From the human T2T-CHM13v2.0 reference genome, Homo sapiens: a stretch of 64,000 nucleotides of DNA. Below the pieces are notes generated by a model. That model was not told the DNA's origin. It worked only from the letters and a program-made list of their open reading frames with translations, and did not search any database. Position numbers and translations under genes: made by a program. The stretch lies in assembly GCF_009914755.1 (NCBI RefSeq), contig NC_060931.1. One strand, given 5' to 3'. The stretch's first letter is position 1. Each line of letters begins with the position of its first letter. This document shows positions 27,602 to 42,797 of the stretch, one piece after another.

Positions 27602-29485
27602 CTGTCTCAATTTCTCTGTATCTGCTTGGGCCATATTTACAGTATTCTGTGTATCAGTTACTCCTGAAGTTGGCACAGGTCCAGGAAGTTGGGAGACACC
27701 AGAGAACTGCTGGCCTTGGGAGTGCATTGGAGAGTTTGAAGATGCACAGAAGCTCCCCTCTGATCCAGGCCTTGGCTGATCAGCAACATCATGGGCAGTT
27801 TGACTTGTTCCAAAAGAGTCAGACTGAGATCTTGGAGTCATTGGAGACTGATCATAGGGATCACGGGCAGCAGATGGGGAAACACGGCTAAATGTGTCTG
27901 AAAGACCAGGTCCAGGGGGCCTAGGTGTCTGGGAACATGTATCAGGTGGCCTTACCAACGGGCCAGGTAAAGCTGGTCCTCGGTTTTGTGCTGCTTGCAG
28001 GAAAGGATCCTGATTTGGCATGAGGACTGGTCTTGTCATTGAGGACCTAGTAAAACCCTCTGAAATCCTTGGCCTTGGTGTTGCTGGTGGCTGAGAGTAA
28101 GGGACAGAAATTCCAGGTCTTGGTGTTCCAGGAGGATGAGCATATGGATCAGAATGCCTCTGATTTGTTACAGGTGTAACAAACAAGTCAGTTTGTGTAG
28201 ATGGTCTTGGGGTTTGGGGCTGCTGACTATATGGGTCAACAGTAGTAGGCCGGGGAGTTCCAGGAGGTTGAGAGTAAGGGTCTGTATTGGACCTAGCTGT
28301 TCCTGAAGATTGGGAATAAGAATCTACAACAGGTCGTGGAGTTCCTGGGGGTTGGGAGTATGGGTCCTGAGATGTTGGCCTTGATATGGTTCCAGGCTGG
28401 GAAAAAGCCCTTGAAGGATGGGCAAAAGATTCATTCACTGCTGGATGTGGGGTAAGGGGAGGCTGACTATATGGATCATTTGACTGATTATGAGAAAAAT
28501 TATCTATAGGTCTTGGTGTCAAAGCAGGCCTTTCATAAGGGTCAACAGACAATCGCCTTGATGCCTGTGACACTGATCCATAAGGATCCTGAGAGGATGG
28601 AGGAGGTTGCATTGGAGTCTTAAAAGGTCCAGGACCACTATCAAGAGGTGCAGGTGTCAACAAGGGTCGTGCATATGAGTCAGGTATCCTTTGTCTTTGA
28701 AACACATCTGCCCTAGGAGATGGTTTAGTAAAGTGATCACTGGTTCCAGCTGCTATAGGGCCTTTTGCAGTTTGTTCTGAAACTACAGGAGACCGGGATA
28801 GGCCCAAGGATTTGGGAAATTGATCTGTCATCACAGGCCTAGGTGTGTCTGGAGGTTTTGCATAGGGGTCATTATTTGTCGTGGAAGAAGAACATAAATC
28901 TCTGACAGGGGATGGCCTATTTGCTGTTGTCTCATTCATTTGAAGGGGCCTAGATACCGATGATAAAGGTGTACAGTTTTCCACTGGTGCAGCAGAATTT
29001 CTTCTGGAAAAACTATGGCCCACAGGAGGTGGTCGAGGGGTACCAACCATTTTTGCATATGGATCCATTGGAGATGGTGGTCGTGAGTTAGAGGACCCAG
29101 GTGAAAACACTTGCGGTGAGGGTGGCTGAGAAGTCTGAGCCTGAGAAAGACTATCCTGGATGGGAATCCGGGATGGGGCTGGAGGAGGAGGTGGAGCTTG
29201 TGGCTTTACAAACACATCATCTGAAGATGTAGACGTAGGGGTACTGGGTGGCTGTTTTGTAAACAGTTCTTTATGGAATGACTGTGCAGGAGACATATTT
29301 CCATTGCCAGGCTGAGGTGTCAAGGGACTCTGTATCCCACTACTTGGTGTATCTGAACCAGACTGCACCAGAAGATGCTGAGAACCAAATTGCTGTTGTT
29401 GCTGCTGCTGCTGCTCATTTTTCACCTGTTCAAGTTTCTGTGTGGCTTCAATTTTAGCTTGCTGCTTACTTTTCTGACGCATTTG
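27602..29485 (-). CDS. KMT2C: KMT2C exon ~36 (1884 nt; poly-Q, DPYxxPPxTPRP repeats)
   Basis: 640-aa ORF; taatag|CAAATG acceptor; CAG|gtaaac donor. Confidence 0.97.
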
Positions 29486-29864
29486 CTATTAAAATAGAAA
29501 AGAAAAAGCAATCATATTTAGGTTAAGGAAGAAAACTACCATCATGGGGGGAAAAAGCAACAGAAAGTTAATTTGTTTGATGTCAGCGCTACCAGATTGC
29601 TCCCATATTAGATTATGAATTCCTGAAGAAGAGAAATTACTCATCATGGTATGTTCCATTTGTGCCTAGGGCAGTATATTGTTTATAATATTTCAATAAA
29701 TTTCTCAAATCAATTTAAATATATTTTACTGAAAAGAGAAACAAGTCTATCCTAAATCAAATTTTCATGGTCTAAGAACTATATTCTAAAATAATAATGC
29801 AAAGACCTCCCTTCTCAAAACAAAAATGCAACTTCAAAAAGTAGATTATCCAAAAATTCCATAC

Positions 29865-30047
29865 CTGTCTAAATTTCCATTCCTGTTCATGTTCTGATTC
29901 TCTTTGCTTTAAAGGATCTTTAAAAAGCTCCGAATCAATACGAGAGCTGGGATCAATGCTATCTTGCTGTTGCTGCCTTTTCATGGAATCATTTGACATC
30001 TGTACTTTATTAATGCGTAAAGCAGCTCTGTTATCTCTGGCTTTTTG
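29865..30047 (-). CDS. KMT2C: KMT2C exon ~35 (183 nt; QKARDNRAALR...KFRQ; end of HMG box)
   Basis: tcaaag|CAAAAA acceptor; CAG|gtatgg donor. Confidence 0.94.
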
Positions 30048-30339
30048 CTTTGACAAAAGAAGAGAAAAAAATTTCCCAGATTATGTTAAATGTTTTAAGG
30101 AATAAAATAAAACTATCATGAACTTTCTCAAATAAAAGAAAAAAAAGTCAGGTAAAATAGCTGAAATACTTACGGCACCTCCCAAAAAAGGATCTGGACA
30201 CTAACTCATCTTCTCTCTTTACAGTGCATAGTACCTATCAGTTGAGGATATATTTCTATGTATTTGAATTAAGCTTAAAGATCCTAGGTGTGATTTAATA
30301 TTTTAGCTCCTAGTTTTCTTAACATATCCTTAGAAATTA

Positions 30340-30983
<644 letters not shown>

Positions 30984-31528
30984 TTAGAAAAAAGGAAAAA
31001 TATCCAATCAGTCTTAAAAAAAAAAAAATCTGGATATTTGAAACGTATCATTAAAGAAATCACTTAAAAATTTAAAAATTCTGTCATTACCTAATTCAAG
31101 TCAAAATAAAACACAGCATATTAACACATCTATATATATATATGTGATAGAGCATATACACACATATATGCTCTATCCAAAATAATCACTGTAACTGAAA
31201 ATATGTGCACTGGGGAACAAGCTGGAAAATAACTATATATATTTTCCAACAATAATACAGATTTAATATGCTTTAAAACGAAAGCAAGGATTTGGTTCCA
31301 GCTGACAATCTTAATTTGGCTCTTTGGGAGAAAATAATTTACCATATGAACTGCGAATCTTATAAAATTACCTAATAGTTCATGGCAAAGATCATGTGTC
31401 AAAAACTCTTTAAACATGTCTAAATATTTCTCTTTCAAGATGCACAAAGATTCTCTATGAAACCTAACAAGAAAAGAGGTGACTGTGGAAGACACTGAGG
31501 CATGCCAATCCAGTCTCCAAATTTAGTA

Positions 31529-32154
31529 CAGTTGTCCCTCTGTATCCATGGGGTATTGGTTCCAGGATTCCCTGCAGATACCAAAATCCACAGATGCTCA
31601 AGTCCCTTATAGAAAATGTCACAGTATTTGCATATAACCTACACATATCCTCCTGTATACTTTCTCCCTTTTTATTTTTTGACCTAGCAGGGTGGTCTTG
31701 CTCTGTCACCTAGGCTGGAATGCAGTCGTACAATTCTGGCTCACTGAAGCCTCAACCTCTCAAGTCTCTCAAGTAGCTGAGACTACAGGCATGCGCCATC
31801 ATACCCAGCTAATTTTTTCATTTTTTATAGAGATGAGGTTTTGGCTATGTTGCCCAGGCTGGTCTTGAACTCCTGGGCTCAAAGCCATCTGCCCACCTTG
31901 GCCTCTCAAACTGCTGGGATTACAGGTGTGGGTCACTGTGCCTGGCCCCTCCTGTATACTTTAAGTCATCTTTAGATTACTTGTAATACTTAACACAATA
32001 TAAATGCTATGTAAATCGTTGTTACATTGTTTTAAAAACAATGACAAGGGAAAGAGTCTGTACAAGTTCAGTATAGATGTTTTTCCAAAATATTTTTGAT
32101 CCATGGTTGGTTGAATCCACAGATATAGAACTCATGGATACAGACGGCCAACTG
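31529..32154. mobile_element. MER2 (TcMar-Tigger) split by a minus-strand AluJ (~31665-31946)
   Basis: TA|cagttgtccctctgtatccatgg ... catggatacagacggccaactg|TA termini; Alu TSD cctcctgtatacttt. Confidence 0.87.
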
Positions 32155-32448
32155 TACCTCTGCTGAAGAGATAAAACAATTTTAAAGTGAAATGAATTAC
32201 TCCTTCCCCCCTAAAATAGCTGATTTTCAATCTTCAACGTTTTGGTTCTATTAACTTGCTTATAAAAATGTCACACTCTCTATTAAGACATAAGGAGTTA
32301 GAAAATCACTTTAAAAATAAAGTTGCTTGTTGTACAGGTACTAACAAGCATTTTCTGAAATGGAAATTTGTTTTTTATTAACCTAATACAAATAAGGTTC
32401 AAGCACTGTATTTAAATATTTAAAAGATAGAGGAGTTTCTTAAAATAC

Positions 32449-32522
32449 CACATATGGTGCTCTTTCTTGTGAGCTTGCTTTTCTCCACAATTTGGCAATT
32501 TGCTTCACTCTAGTAGTCCAAT
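32449..32522 (-). CDS. KMT2C: KMT2C exon ~34 (74 nt; WTTRVKQIAKLWRKASSQERAPYV; HMG-box core)
   Basis: ttgcag|ATTGGA acceptor; GTG|gtattt donor; HMG-like W..L/W..S..E.APY pattern. Confidence 0.93.
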
Positions 32523-34152
32523 CTGCAACAAAAGAACAGAGTATAACACTTTCTCAGAGCCATGCTAATGATGTGTTGTAATAAAGAATGTTGATGAACT
32601 GCTGACAGTTAATCTTATTCAGGCCGTATTCTCATGAGGTCATAGACCTATATTAAGTTTTTTACAAAGAACAAAGATCGTGGCACACTGTAGGCCAAAC
32701 AAACGTTTTCTAAATGAAGTGCTGCCTTATTAACAACGTAGCTTGTAAAGTTGGGAAGTTTTTAGATTCAAGGGACAAAGTAGCAAAAATGCAAGCCAGA
32801 CATAATAAATTCCCTCTGGTGGTAAGACACCACCAGAACCAAAGTACAAGTTTGTAAAACATCTGTGCTAAACAGAAATCTATCAATTTGACCTACCAGA
32901 AGTAAACAAAGTCATAAATAAGCATCTCACTAGCATTTGTGGACAACAAACACATGGAAAAGTAATGAGTTCAAACCATTTATATGAAACTCAGTGTCAT
33001 GACGGTATACAAAATGAAGAAGCCTGGGTAAGATCAACAGTTAATGATAAATACAGAAATTATTTATTCCACATTACAAAAAGAAAGCAAGCTTCCAAAA
33101 AGCCAATGAAAATGAAAAATCAGTTCACAGACCAACAGCTTTAACACAGTATTTCATGAGGTTCTTGAATCACAAAGTAAAATTATTAAAGAAAATTACT
33201 TTTAAAAAAGTTACAGCTCTGCTGTAAGGACAATTTGTGCTGACACAAAATGACAACATACCCATGTACGTTCATAAACAGCAAATGTAAGCATGGAAAG
33301 AAAGTGGCTGAAGAATGGGATACTGCCTTCACAGGTCTCCCTGCATCAAACCACTGATTTCTATTGTTAGATAAAAAGCATTTCATTTATTACAATACAT
33401 AATGAATAAAGTCCCATGAAGACGCCAATCCAAAAAGGTACCTAAATACAGGGGTCATCCAAATGAAAAGTCACTTCCAGGTACCCCTCTAGTAATTTAA
33501 GAGTTTGTGTATTGATAGATAGCTGGGAAACTATTGCAAAACTGAGTTTGAATAACTTTTTCAATCCTAGTTTGTCTGATACCATGAACTCAAAATAATA
33601 AAACCGCATTGCTTGCATATATTCAATAATTGACATTTCATTAATCCAAATTTCTCATTCACTGGTTAATCAGAATTTTCACAAACTGTACTATTATCAT
33701 CTGTTTTTTTCAAGAGGCAGTGGTAATAGCTGGGCAGTCAGGGAAAGTGAGAGGGGAAGAAGGGAAGACAATATTGAATTCGTTTCATAAAAACACTATT
33801 TAGGATTCACTGATTTAGCCTAGCAGTATTTTTGATTAAATGATAGTTTGGGTTCTAGAAATTTTTTAAAGAATCACATAACACGGATTTCTGCATATTA
33901 ATAAGTACTGCTAGGAGCTGAAAAACGGACCATTTCACTAATTGAAACTAATTTTTGGGAAATATGAGGATGGATGCAGGGTCTAGGACAAAGTAAAATG
34001 CAAGATGTTTCTAGACATCTAGGGAATCTTCATGTTGTGGGTCATCATAGACAAAAATTAGTTAAGCTACCTTTCTATTGCAGTTAAAAAAAAAAAAGGT
34101 ATTGCACATGTGAAAATGTTGGTAAAACAGAAATAATATATTCATGGCTTAC

Positions 34153-34367
34153 CAGGGAATTCTTCCTTTAAGTTGGGGAAATTAATATTGGTGTAGAGAA
34201 CTGGGGCAACAGTTGCCATTTCACCCAGAGCCTCCTCTTTCTCCCACTTAAGCGTGCTTCTCTGGGCATTCGACATTGTGTCATTTTCTCCTTCCACAGT
34301 GGGAGCTGATGATGTCCAAGAGTTGTTAGGATCACTTGCCATTGGATTAAAGGCTGAATTTTTATCC
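34153..34367 (-). CDS. KMT2C: KMT2C exon ~33 (215 nt; DKNSAFNP...LKEEFP)
   Basis: tcccag|GGATAA acceptor; CTG|gtaagc donor. Confidence 0.94.
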
Positions 34368-34605
34368 CTGGGAAAAAATAAATATCTTTACTTTATGAAC
34401 ATAAAATAACTTCTTAATATATGTTCAAGTATAGCTTTCATTAAAACCTATTACAAAACAGTTAAAAGTAACATATTTATAGCAAAAGCCACAATAAACG
34501 CAACATACAATAATATCATACACAATCATTTAAGCAGACTAATTTATATATAAATCAAACAGAAATTAGTGCAATTTAAGTTTCCATAGAAAATAAGGCT
34601 TGTAC

Positions 34606-34738
34606 CTGGCATCAGGATAAGAGGATTGTGCAATTGCAGAGAAAGTTCCCAGTCCGCTTCCAGGTGGCAAAGAATTATGTGGGAGATGAGGACTGGATCC
34701 AATAAGGCCATTCATGAGAGGCATCCGTGAAAAAGCAT
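34606..34738 (-). CDS. KMT2C: KMT2C exon ~32 (133 nt; AFSRMPLMNG...YPDA)
   Basis: ctgaag|ATGCTT acceptor; CAG|gtacaa donor. Confidence 0.92.
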
Positions 34739-34799
34739 CTTCAGAGAAAAAAATAATTCCGTTGGCATGATATTCACAAGTAACAAGGAGTTGAAGTAA

Positions 34800-35022
34800 A
34801 GCTGGCCCTTGAACAACATGGTTTTTAACTGCATGGGTCCACATAAACACACATTTTTTTCAACTGAATGTGGATAGAAAACACAGGGAAACCCATGCAT
34901 AGAGAGGACCAACTTTTCTTGTATGCCAAGCTCCATAGGGCCAACATTTGACTTCTGTATTCTCAGATTTTGGTTATACCTGGGGGTCCTGGAACCAAAG
35001 CCCCAAGTACAGAAGAGATGCT
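34800..35022. mobile_element. MER8/Tigger2-like MITE
   Basis: cccttgaacaacatgg...aactgcatgggtccac ... ggggtcctggaaccaa. Confidence 0.7.
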
Positions 35023-35488
35023 TATACTTCTAAATCAAAACCTTTAATGCAATTTAAAAGTAGGATTTTTTTCAGTATTTTATAATACTTAAAGAGTGAC
35101 TTTTGGCTATAAGATTTTGAAATATGATCTCTACAGCTGTGATTATTTCATTATTGTGTACTAGAAATAGCAAGTGTTCTGGAGTCCAAAAGCCCAGGGT
35201 GTGAACCTCAATTTTACCTGTTAGAAGCAGAATCAATTTCTATTTCTGTAAACCGTAGGTATTCTGTTATTTGGGTTAATTGAGATAATGTATGTACAGC
35301 TCTAAACATAGTTCCTGGTATGCAGTAACTATTCGACACAATTAACTCCTAAAAAACACTAATGAATCACAGCAAATGCTAGTAAGTTTTATCAAATATT
35401 CTTTCTCTTCATTAAAAATTTACAAACAGATGTTTCTTATATTTTATTCCTGTTCCTCTTAATACCAAAAAAAAAAAAAAATCTATGA

Positions 35489-35800
<312 letters not shown>

Positions 35801-36767
35801 ACCTATGATTCTTAAATTGATACTTTCTCTAAATTAGTTTTGAGTAAGCAATATATCTATCACTAAAAATCAGATGATTATTCCTAAAAATACATACACT
35901 CTGGTTTTGGCCTAATTTTTATAACTTACAGTTCAGCCCCCAAACACATTTGAATTCTCATTCGAGCTTATTCACAAACATCAAATACCTTATCGTTTTC
36001 TTTCTGAATAGACATTAGGCAAATAAAAGGACCATCTTATGCTTCTTTACAACACTCCTTTAAGCATGTAACTCCAGTCCTTATTGTGAAAGTCTACTTG
36101 TCTAAACTATTTGGAACTAAGCCAACTGTCCATATTGGAGCAGTTTCCAGAAAAAAGAAAGAACAACAACAACAAAAACTTTGTTTACCTTCAAAAAGCC
36201 CTCCCAATTAAACTTGATGATTTGTGGAAATACACAAGGCCTCTGTTAATTGTTGCAACACTTAGAGCCATACTATTACAGGAGATCCACATCACCAATT
36301 AATTACACAAATGGCAATACAGAGTTGACCAATACTTGGTATAACTAGAGAATTCCTAACCTGATCACTTGATTTTTTTTTATCTAATGTCATTCCATTA
36401 GATTAAAAAAAAAGTCTCATACACGTACATTTTACAATGTATAATGATCTTTCACTTAAACCACATCATTTGAATGTTACAACACTAAAGCCTACATAGC
36501 TCCAGTATGTATGTGCAGATACTAAGGATGATCACTGACAAGTTTAAAAGATTTTGTCTCAAAGACTTCCTAGAACTCTCTGACTTTCACAAACGGGCTT
36601 ACCCTACTAAATGCCACAGCTGGGTCCACTGGATCAGGTTTTCACAATGACAAATATCTCATGACACTTACATTTACTCCAAGGATTAAAGGGCAAGATT
36701 TCTGCTTTTTTCAAACTAGAATGCCACATCTATTTTCAACTTCAGTGAAAAGCAGGTTCCATTAAGG

Positions 36768-37093
36768 CAGGGGTCCCCAACTCTGGGGCCACAGACTGGT
36801 ACCAGTCCATGACCTGTTAGGAACCCGGCCGCACAGTAGGTGAACAGCGGGCAAGTGACCATTACCGCCTGAGCTCCACCTGTCAGATCAGTGGCGGTAT
36901 TAGATTCTCATAGAAGCGCAAACCCTATTGTGAAGTGTGCATGCGAGCATGTTCCTATGAGAATCTAATGCCTCATGATCTGAGGTGGAACAGTTTCATC
37001 GCAAAACCATTCCCCAACCCACCAACCTGGGTTTGTGAAAAAATGGTCTTCCTTGAAACTGGTCCCTGGTGCGAAAAAGGCTGGGGACTGCTG
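36768..37093. mobile_element. MER1B (hAT-Charlie) with 8-bp TSD cattaagg/cgttaagg
   Basis: caggggtcccca...tggggactgctg termini; internal ttagattctcatag/ctatgagaatctaa inverted repeat. Confidence 0.88.
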
Positions 37094-39151
37094 CGTTAAG
37101 GAATGTGCAATTTTAATAAACAATATCAAATGTCTTTCATGTAATTAGGAGAAACAAGAGTTTATTGACAAGGAGAATGTGATCCATACTGTAGCTAGGT
37201 ATCAGTGCCATCTACCGATATTACAATAATAATCTTGTAATAATCTACAATATTAACATATTGAAACTTTTCCCAATAGTAATATTAGCTATTATTTGTT
37301 AAGTACTTTATGCTATGCTAAGCACTGTCTTAAAAGCTTTACAGCTTCATGAAAACCCACTGAAATAGGTTATTATGTTCAGCTCCATTTAAGCAAAGAG
37401 GACCCACAGAAATTAAATAATTTGTTCAAGGACAAATAAGTAAAAGCAAAGTATTTCTTCTTATTTTATTCAAGAAGTGGTCTTTTTTTTTTCCAAGTCT
37501 ACCATATCTACCCAAACTAGTCATATTAGTTTATAAAAGTTCAAAAGTTACTTCACAACTTTTACATAAAGGTATTTCAAGTTACTCTATCTCAATCTTG
37601 AAAATTCTATTCTCTACTTTCTGAACTTTATTACCATCAGACAATAAAGCATATTACATATTACATAATAACATATTACACTTTGCCTCCCCTTTCTCAT
37701 CAATTCTATTGAAGTTACTCCACTGAAGATTAGCAACAACCTTCCCATGGTCCAATGAAACAATGTTTTTCAAGTAGTCATGTTACTTAACTGTACAACC
37801 TGTCTCTAATGATCATTCATTTCCAAGATCCTATACCTCTCACTCAATGTCTCAAATCTCTCACCACTTTTTTTACTTTCACCTAACCTTTAAAAGGAAG
37901 AAAGATAAGAAACATGTAATTGCACACCTAATATAAATCAGATGAGTTAAGCATATACTTAATTACATTTAATTAAAAAGCATTCCTCGAGATTCTATAC
38001 TCTACTGGCAGTATATTCTCTTAATAAATCTCATCCTTCCCACATGTGCAATTAGCACAATTACACAGATAATTCCTACATTTTCATCCATCTCCTTGAC
38101 TAACTGCAACTGCCTGTAAGTCAAAATAGTGTATATGTCCCATTTCTACCAACCTAAAAGAGGTCTAAAACTAAATTCATTGTACCTCCACTACCTTCTA
38201 CCAGCACACACACTAAGTCTTCCTCTGTTTCATGATTATCCTCTGGGCCCCTGGTTTATACATAGTCTAATTCACTTTAATTTCCCCCTTTCCTCACACC
38301 TTATATCCATTCAGTAGCACAGTCCTACTTGTTCTAATGTCATTTTCTCTCGTATCTATTCCTTCCTTTCAATCAGCACGGAAGTATCTTTACATGGAAC
38401 CTACTTTTTAACTTAGTCTCAACCACAATAACCTCATTAGTACAATTCTTCTCGTCCCAAATTTATTCCCAATATTGACACCAGAGCTACCTTAGCAAAA
38501 CACATAAGTGATCAGATCACACCAGTGGTGTAAGGTCTTCAAAGGCTCTTGGAAGCCTCTAGGGAAAAGGCTAGCTGCCTCTGCCTATTTCTCAGAGCCC
38601 TTTACAATCAGCACCAATGTCCACTTCTAGTTTTGCTTCCTTAAACAATGCCCACTCCCTTTGCTCTGGAAAACATTAAAGTTGCCATTCTTGAATAACT
38701 ATGTGTCGCCCTATATGTAACTTGATCATGCTTTGCCCTTACATTAGAACTACTATTCCTTCAAACAAGAACAATGAAATCTTAGTGATTCACAAGGCTG
38801 TACTTGAATTATACTGTACTATAATACACATTAGTTGTATACCTGAAAGTCTACAGTATTAGAATTACAAACTCCTAAGGGTAGGCAACCTGATTCACCT
38901 TGTATTACACATTAACACCTTGCAAAAGAAAAAAAAAAAAAGAAAAAGAAGTCATCCTCCCAAGACCTTTTAAAAATGAGACTGCACAATGAAGTGATTT
39001 TCATAATGATTGTAAGATGTTTTTTATAAAGAAATACATCTTTGATTTTTAAAATATGCACTTTCAGTTCAGAAAACATAAAGACAGGTCATTTTTATAT
39101 GTTGAAAAGAGAAATACTGAATAGTTCTTAATCGTTAAAACAGCATATGGG

Positions 39152-39453
39152 GGCTGGGCGCGGTGGCTCACGCCTGTAATCCCAGCACTTTGGGAGGCTG
39201 AGGCAGATGGCTCACAAGGTCAGGAGTTTAAGGCCAGCCTGACCAAGATGGTGAAACCCCGTCTCTACTAAAAATACAAAAAATTAGCCGGGCACAGTGG
39301 CAGGCACCTGTAATCCCAGCTACTCGGGAGGCTAAGCCAGAAGAATCGCTGAACTCAGAGGGCAGAGGTTGCAGTGAGCCGAGATCACGCCACTGCACTC
39401 CAGCCTGGGCGAAGGTGTGAGACTCTGTCTCAGAAAAAAAAGAAAAAAAAAAA
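39152..39453 (+). mobile_element. AluS
   Basis: Both arms. Confidence 0.92.
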
Positions 39454-39782
39454 GCACATAGGAACAATTAAGGCAAGAATAGTTATATGATAAGTATATT
39501 ACCCAAATGTAAATCACATGTTTAGCCTAGCAAAAATCAAGGTAAATTTATGTTTAGAGGCTAAACTGGTAAAAACACAAATATTTCCATTATGTGCATT
39601 ATGGAATTTTCATGTATATACAAAGTTGTTAGTAAAGGTTACAAATTATTCACACACTTTGGCACTTACACAAGAAAAGGAGAAGATATCCTCATGTTAT
39701 TCAATTCAGGGTATAGTCATGAGGCAGTGACAATAGGATAGAGAGAGATGTTCCTATGCTCAAATCATCAGAAATATATACT

Positions 39783-40079
39783 AGCTGCGCACAGAGGGCC
39801 ACGCCTGTAATCCCAGCACTTTGGGAGGCCATGGTGGGAGGATCACTTGAACCCAGGAGTTCTAGACTGGCCTGGGCAACAAAGTGAGACCCCCACCTCT
39901 GCAAAAAATCAAAAAATTAGCCAGGCATGATGGCGTGTGCCTGTGGTCGCAGCTGCATGGGAGGCTGAGGACAGTAGGATCGCTTGAGCCCAGGAGATCG
40001 CAGCTGACGTGAGTTGTGTTCACACCACTGCATGTCAGCCTGGGTGACAGAGCGAGACCGTTTCAAAACAAAACAAAAA
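39783..40079 (+). mobile_element. AluJ
   Basis: Diverged Alu with J-type motifs (ggatcgcttgagcccaggag). Confidence 0.88.
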
Positions 40080-40899
40080 TACATATAGATAGAGTTATAT
40101 ACACGCCACCATGCAACTCCATAAACTCCTTCCTATAGATTCCCATACCTGTACCAATTTCCCTATCTACTCATACAGACCTTAATCCTAGGCTATCAAA
40201 TTTCAGCTCTACAGAAAAGGGGAGAAATTGGTAGCTAGTTGTAAGTAGGCAGAAGAAAAATGAACAAAATAGGCAAACATTCACAAAATTTCATAGTGTC
40301 TACAGGGATAGAAAGGTCACTGATTTACTATGAAAGTATGTACTGAACACATACTCTGTGGCAGGGCATATAAGCAAGACATGGACAACTCTAGCCTTTA
40401 AAGAGCTCACAATCTAAAGGGAAGACATAATTACCCAAACAGGTATTATATTTGTGCCATATGCTACAAATGAAAAACATGGGGGTGGGGTGGTGACCAG
40501 CTAACCTCTGAGAGATGACAGTGAAACCGAGGGCAGATCAATGAGTACAGGCAGCCAGGTGAGCGGGGACAGTTCCACACACACACACACAGCAAGTGCC
40601 TATGTGGCAAATGACTAGAGTGGAGTGAGCTGGGAATGGGACTTGCAGGGAGGGAAGAGGGCAGGCACTGTTACATCCTCCCCACTGGACATAAGGATAA
40701 TTACAGAATTACAGAGAATTTCAGGGAGACCGCTATGTGAAGTCAGTATTTTTCAATCATTACAAAAGGGTTTTTCTCCCTATCAGTTTGTATACGTGGC
40801 TACTAAAGAATAGGGCAAAACTTGCTTGTGTGTGTATATGTACCCACATATATACACATGTGTGTGAATATAATGTAGAATTATAAAGTCATAACATAC

Positions 40900-41019
40900 C
40901 CTGATTGTGTATTGGCAACAGCTGTGTTGGTGGGGGAGGCTGTGGCAATGGAGTTGGCTGAGTGTTCGCAGGACTAAGTACAGCTGTAAATAAGTCTTCA
41001 ACATCTTTTCCGCCAAGCT
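40900..41019 (-). CDS. KMT2C: KMT2C exon ~31 (120 nt; LGGKDVEDLFTAVLSP...HNQ)
   Basis: tcctag|AGCTTG acceptor; AGG|gtatgt donor. Confidence 0.93.
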
Positions 41020-41119
41020 CTAGGAGATAAAACAATAATAGTAACAAGATTAAAAGACTAGTAGGGTCCTGGTATGGGGAACGCCATTTTCATTAACTAG
41101 AAAATCAAAACACATTTAC

Positions 41120-41152
41120 CTGGAATTTTATATAATTTTCCAAGAATTGCTC
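41120..41152 (-). CDS. KMT2C: KMT2C exon ~30, 33-nt microexon (AILGKLYKIP)
   Basis: poly-T...ttctag|GAGCAA acceptor; CAG|gtaaat donor; phase 1-1. Confidence 0.9.
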
Positions 41153-41330
41153 CTAGAATAAATTAAAAAAAAAAAAGAAACATTAACAGCTACTAATTCA
41201 ATATACTGATATAAAATAGTATTTAACTGACAGAAATAATTAGAAGTTAAATTATAACCATGCAAAAATCTTTAAAAATCATATTTACTCAGGTCTTTTA
41301 GAAAGCCTAGATGTAGGGCAAATATTTTAC

Positions 41331-41459
41331 CATCTGTGACCATTTTGTCTAGTTCAGGACTGAGGATCCCATCTAGCTGTTCTTCACTTAATGGTCGTGA
41401 ACTCTGATTGACATTTGGCTGAGGCAAAGAGGAAGGATCATCAGTGACAGGACCAATAT
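41331..41459 (-). CDS. KMT2C: KMT2C exon ~29 (129 nt; IGPVTDD...KMVTD)
   Basis: ttgtag|ATATTG acceptor; ATG|gtaaaa donor. Confidence 0.93.
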
Positions 41460-42797
41460 CTACAAGAGTAAGGAAAATAAATTTAAAGGTACATTCAGAA
41501 TACTCACACAAAAATGTATAGCACTATTTACCTGTACTTAGTATATAACAATATGATTAAAATAGAGAAATAAAGTCTGTAATTCTGAATCAGAATTCTC
41601 ATATCAATTTGGAGAGTCGCTCAGTAAAAATTAGGCACAATATATTTGTATTCGGTGCCATGTAAAGTTCTATTTCAAGTAAAAACATTTCCTGAGGAAT
41701 AAAAGAATACATCTGATTTTAACTTGCCAACTCCTGCCAAAAAAAAAAAAAAGCTTAAGATAGGAGTTTATGAGAAATCGATATGCAAATAATTGCTTTA
41801 ATTTGGAAAATAGTGTTATCAAATGTACAGTTCAATTATTATGCACAGTATGTAAAAAGGAATATGTTTCATATGAATTAATGAAAAGCCCTAAAATGCT
41901 CAGTGTTTAATATTATCCTTTGTAAATAACTTCAATTATAGGTAATATTTTTAAAGTATTCTATAGGCACATTCTGATTATGTACATTACATTTTATAAA
42001 ATTGTAACATGCTGCAGCTCAAATTTGTAAGAGTCACATGTAAAAGTGGTTTATCATCTACATTTTTTTCATGCTTTCTCAATATTATTACTATTAAAAA
42101 GTAAAAATTTAGTCTGTTCTTATTTGATCTTATATTAGGAACTAGCTCTACGACATTTAGGTAATATTGTAAACCACATATTAACAAAAATAAAATTATT
42201 CATTAAAGAAAAACTACTGAGAAAGTCACCCGAAGTACAGTACAGCTATACTATGCTTTAGCCACACACAAAAAGGGAAAAGCAAAGTATGGATTAGTGA
42301 CAAATTAGCACTACTGATAAACAGCATGCACCTACAGGTTGTTTCAGCTGAAATCACTATAAAAAAAGAAGACTACTTCTAGTCAGCCGTCATCCATTGC
42401 TCAGTTTCTTACCAAATGGAAAAGGTGAGCTCTCAACCTGGAAAGTGCATAAATCAAGACCTATAAGACCCAAACCAAATAAAATGGATGATTACCACAG
42501 GAGCAGGAAGTGAGGGAAAATACAAACAAAAGAAGAAAAAAGATACAGCAAGACTTTAAGGCAACATGCCTTAAATGTGATGCAATTAGAAAGACGACAG
42601 AAATTAACTAACTTGCTATACCCCTCCTAAAGCAGGAAAGCTGAGGCAGATCAAAGAAAATGCTGAGTCCTTTAACAAAGCCAAAAACAAAAACACAGTT
42701 ACTGGGAAACAGACAAAAGGCTAAACTTGTTCCACACATCATACACCTCTCGCTCACATCAGAAACCAGAAAAAGGGTAAACAGTATTCATATATAC

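Noticed and set aside
29392-29415. Poly-Q tract as an expansion locus
   Set aside because: Only Q8, with CAA interruptions
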